Position numbers and translations under genes: made by a program. Below are positions 63,934 to 64,000 of a stretch of 64,000 nt of DNA, one piece after another. Each line of letters begins with the position of its first letter. Positions within the stretch are counted from its first letter, which is position 1. The notes under the pieces are model-generated. The model saw only the letters and a list, made by a program, of their open reading frames with translations. It was not told the origin of the DNA and searched no databases. The stretch comes from Oscillospiraceae bacterium. GTDB taxonomy: Bacteria; Bacillota; Clostridia; Oscillospirales; CAG-382. The stretch spans positions 19,794 through 83,793 of the forward strand of contig SVRW01000007.1 of NCBI GenBank assembly GCA_015064625.1, in the 5' to 3' direction.

Positions 63934-64000
63934 ACTTCTTCGCCTCTTCTTCTGATGATTATTTTGATTGGCGTACCATCAAATCCGAAGGTGTTTCTCA
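63930..64000 (-). CDS. der: GTPase Der (EngA), C-terminal end (rest lies outside the window)
   Basis: My minus-strand translation ...RNTFGFDGTPIKIIIRRRGEEV* matches the conserved Der C-terminus. The der-plsY order is conserved in Firmicutes. Confidence 0.7.
   Translation of the reverse strand, partial: RNTFGFDGTPIKIIIRRRGEEV

Overview
This is a 64-kb chromosomal window from a low-GC, spore-forming Firmicute. It is probably a Ruminococcus-like member of Ruminococcaceae/Oscillospiraceae. That taxon guess is an inference from three dockerin-bearing proteins, one cohesin-like module, BspA-type LRR proteins and ylbJ/yqfC/yqfD. All protein calls come from motif recognition by eye; no database search was possible. 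I support about 60 protein genes. Most are housekeeping: the tex 3' end, lysC, hflX, ddl, dapF, queA, dapA, murA, plsY, the der 3' end, a DnaD-domain protein, an opp ABCDF operon, a sugar ABC transporter, malQ, a DUF1343/NamZ-like gene, an MFS transporter, and a PNP-mtnA-mtaD methylthioadenosine salvage trio. Secreted and cell-surface genes are interspersed among them: a GH25 lysozyme with Cys-rich repeats, GH43, a cohesin+dockerin scaffoldin-like protein, LRR proteins, a metzincin and a transglutaminase-like protein. One small accessory islet (20.7-22.4 kb) holds two toxin-antitoxin modules. One of these has a toxin inactivated by an in-frame TAA, and each module is followed by the same 66-68-bp hairpin-containing repeat. 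I recognised no rRNA, tRNA, CRISPR array, transposase or integrase. The most unusual signal is non-coding. A family of mosaic intergenic elements recurs at four or more loci (about 4.6, 19.5, 38.1-38.5 and 57.8-58.65 kb). They are built from heptad arrays (ATTCCGN, ATTGAAA/ATGGAAA, GGCAAGA/GGCAGGA), a TAGGAT/TAGGTT hexamer array, a conserved 7-bp-stem/11-nt-loop hairpin, a 26-28-nt box (GGAAATTTTTCTCCC-N-GGTCGAAAA) and a terminator-like hairpin module. These are often arranged as long inverted repeats. I know of no described element class that matches them. Their function (terminator-associated selfish repeats, structured 3' UTRs, protein-binding platforms) is open.
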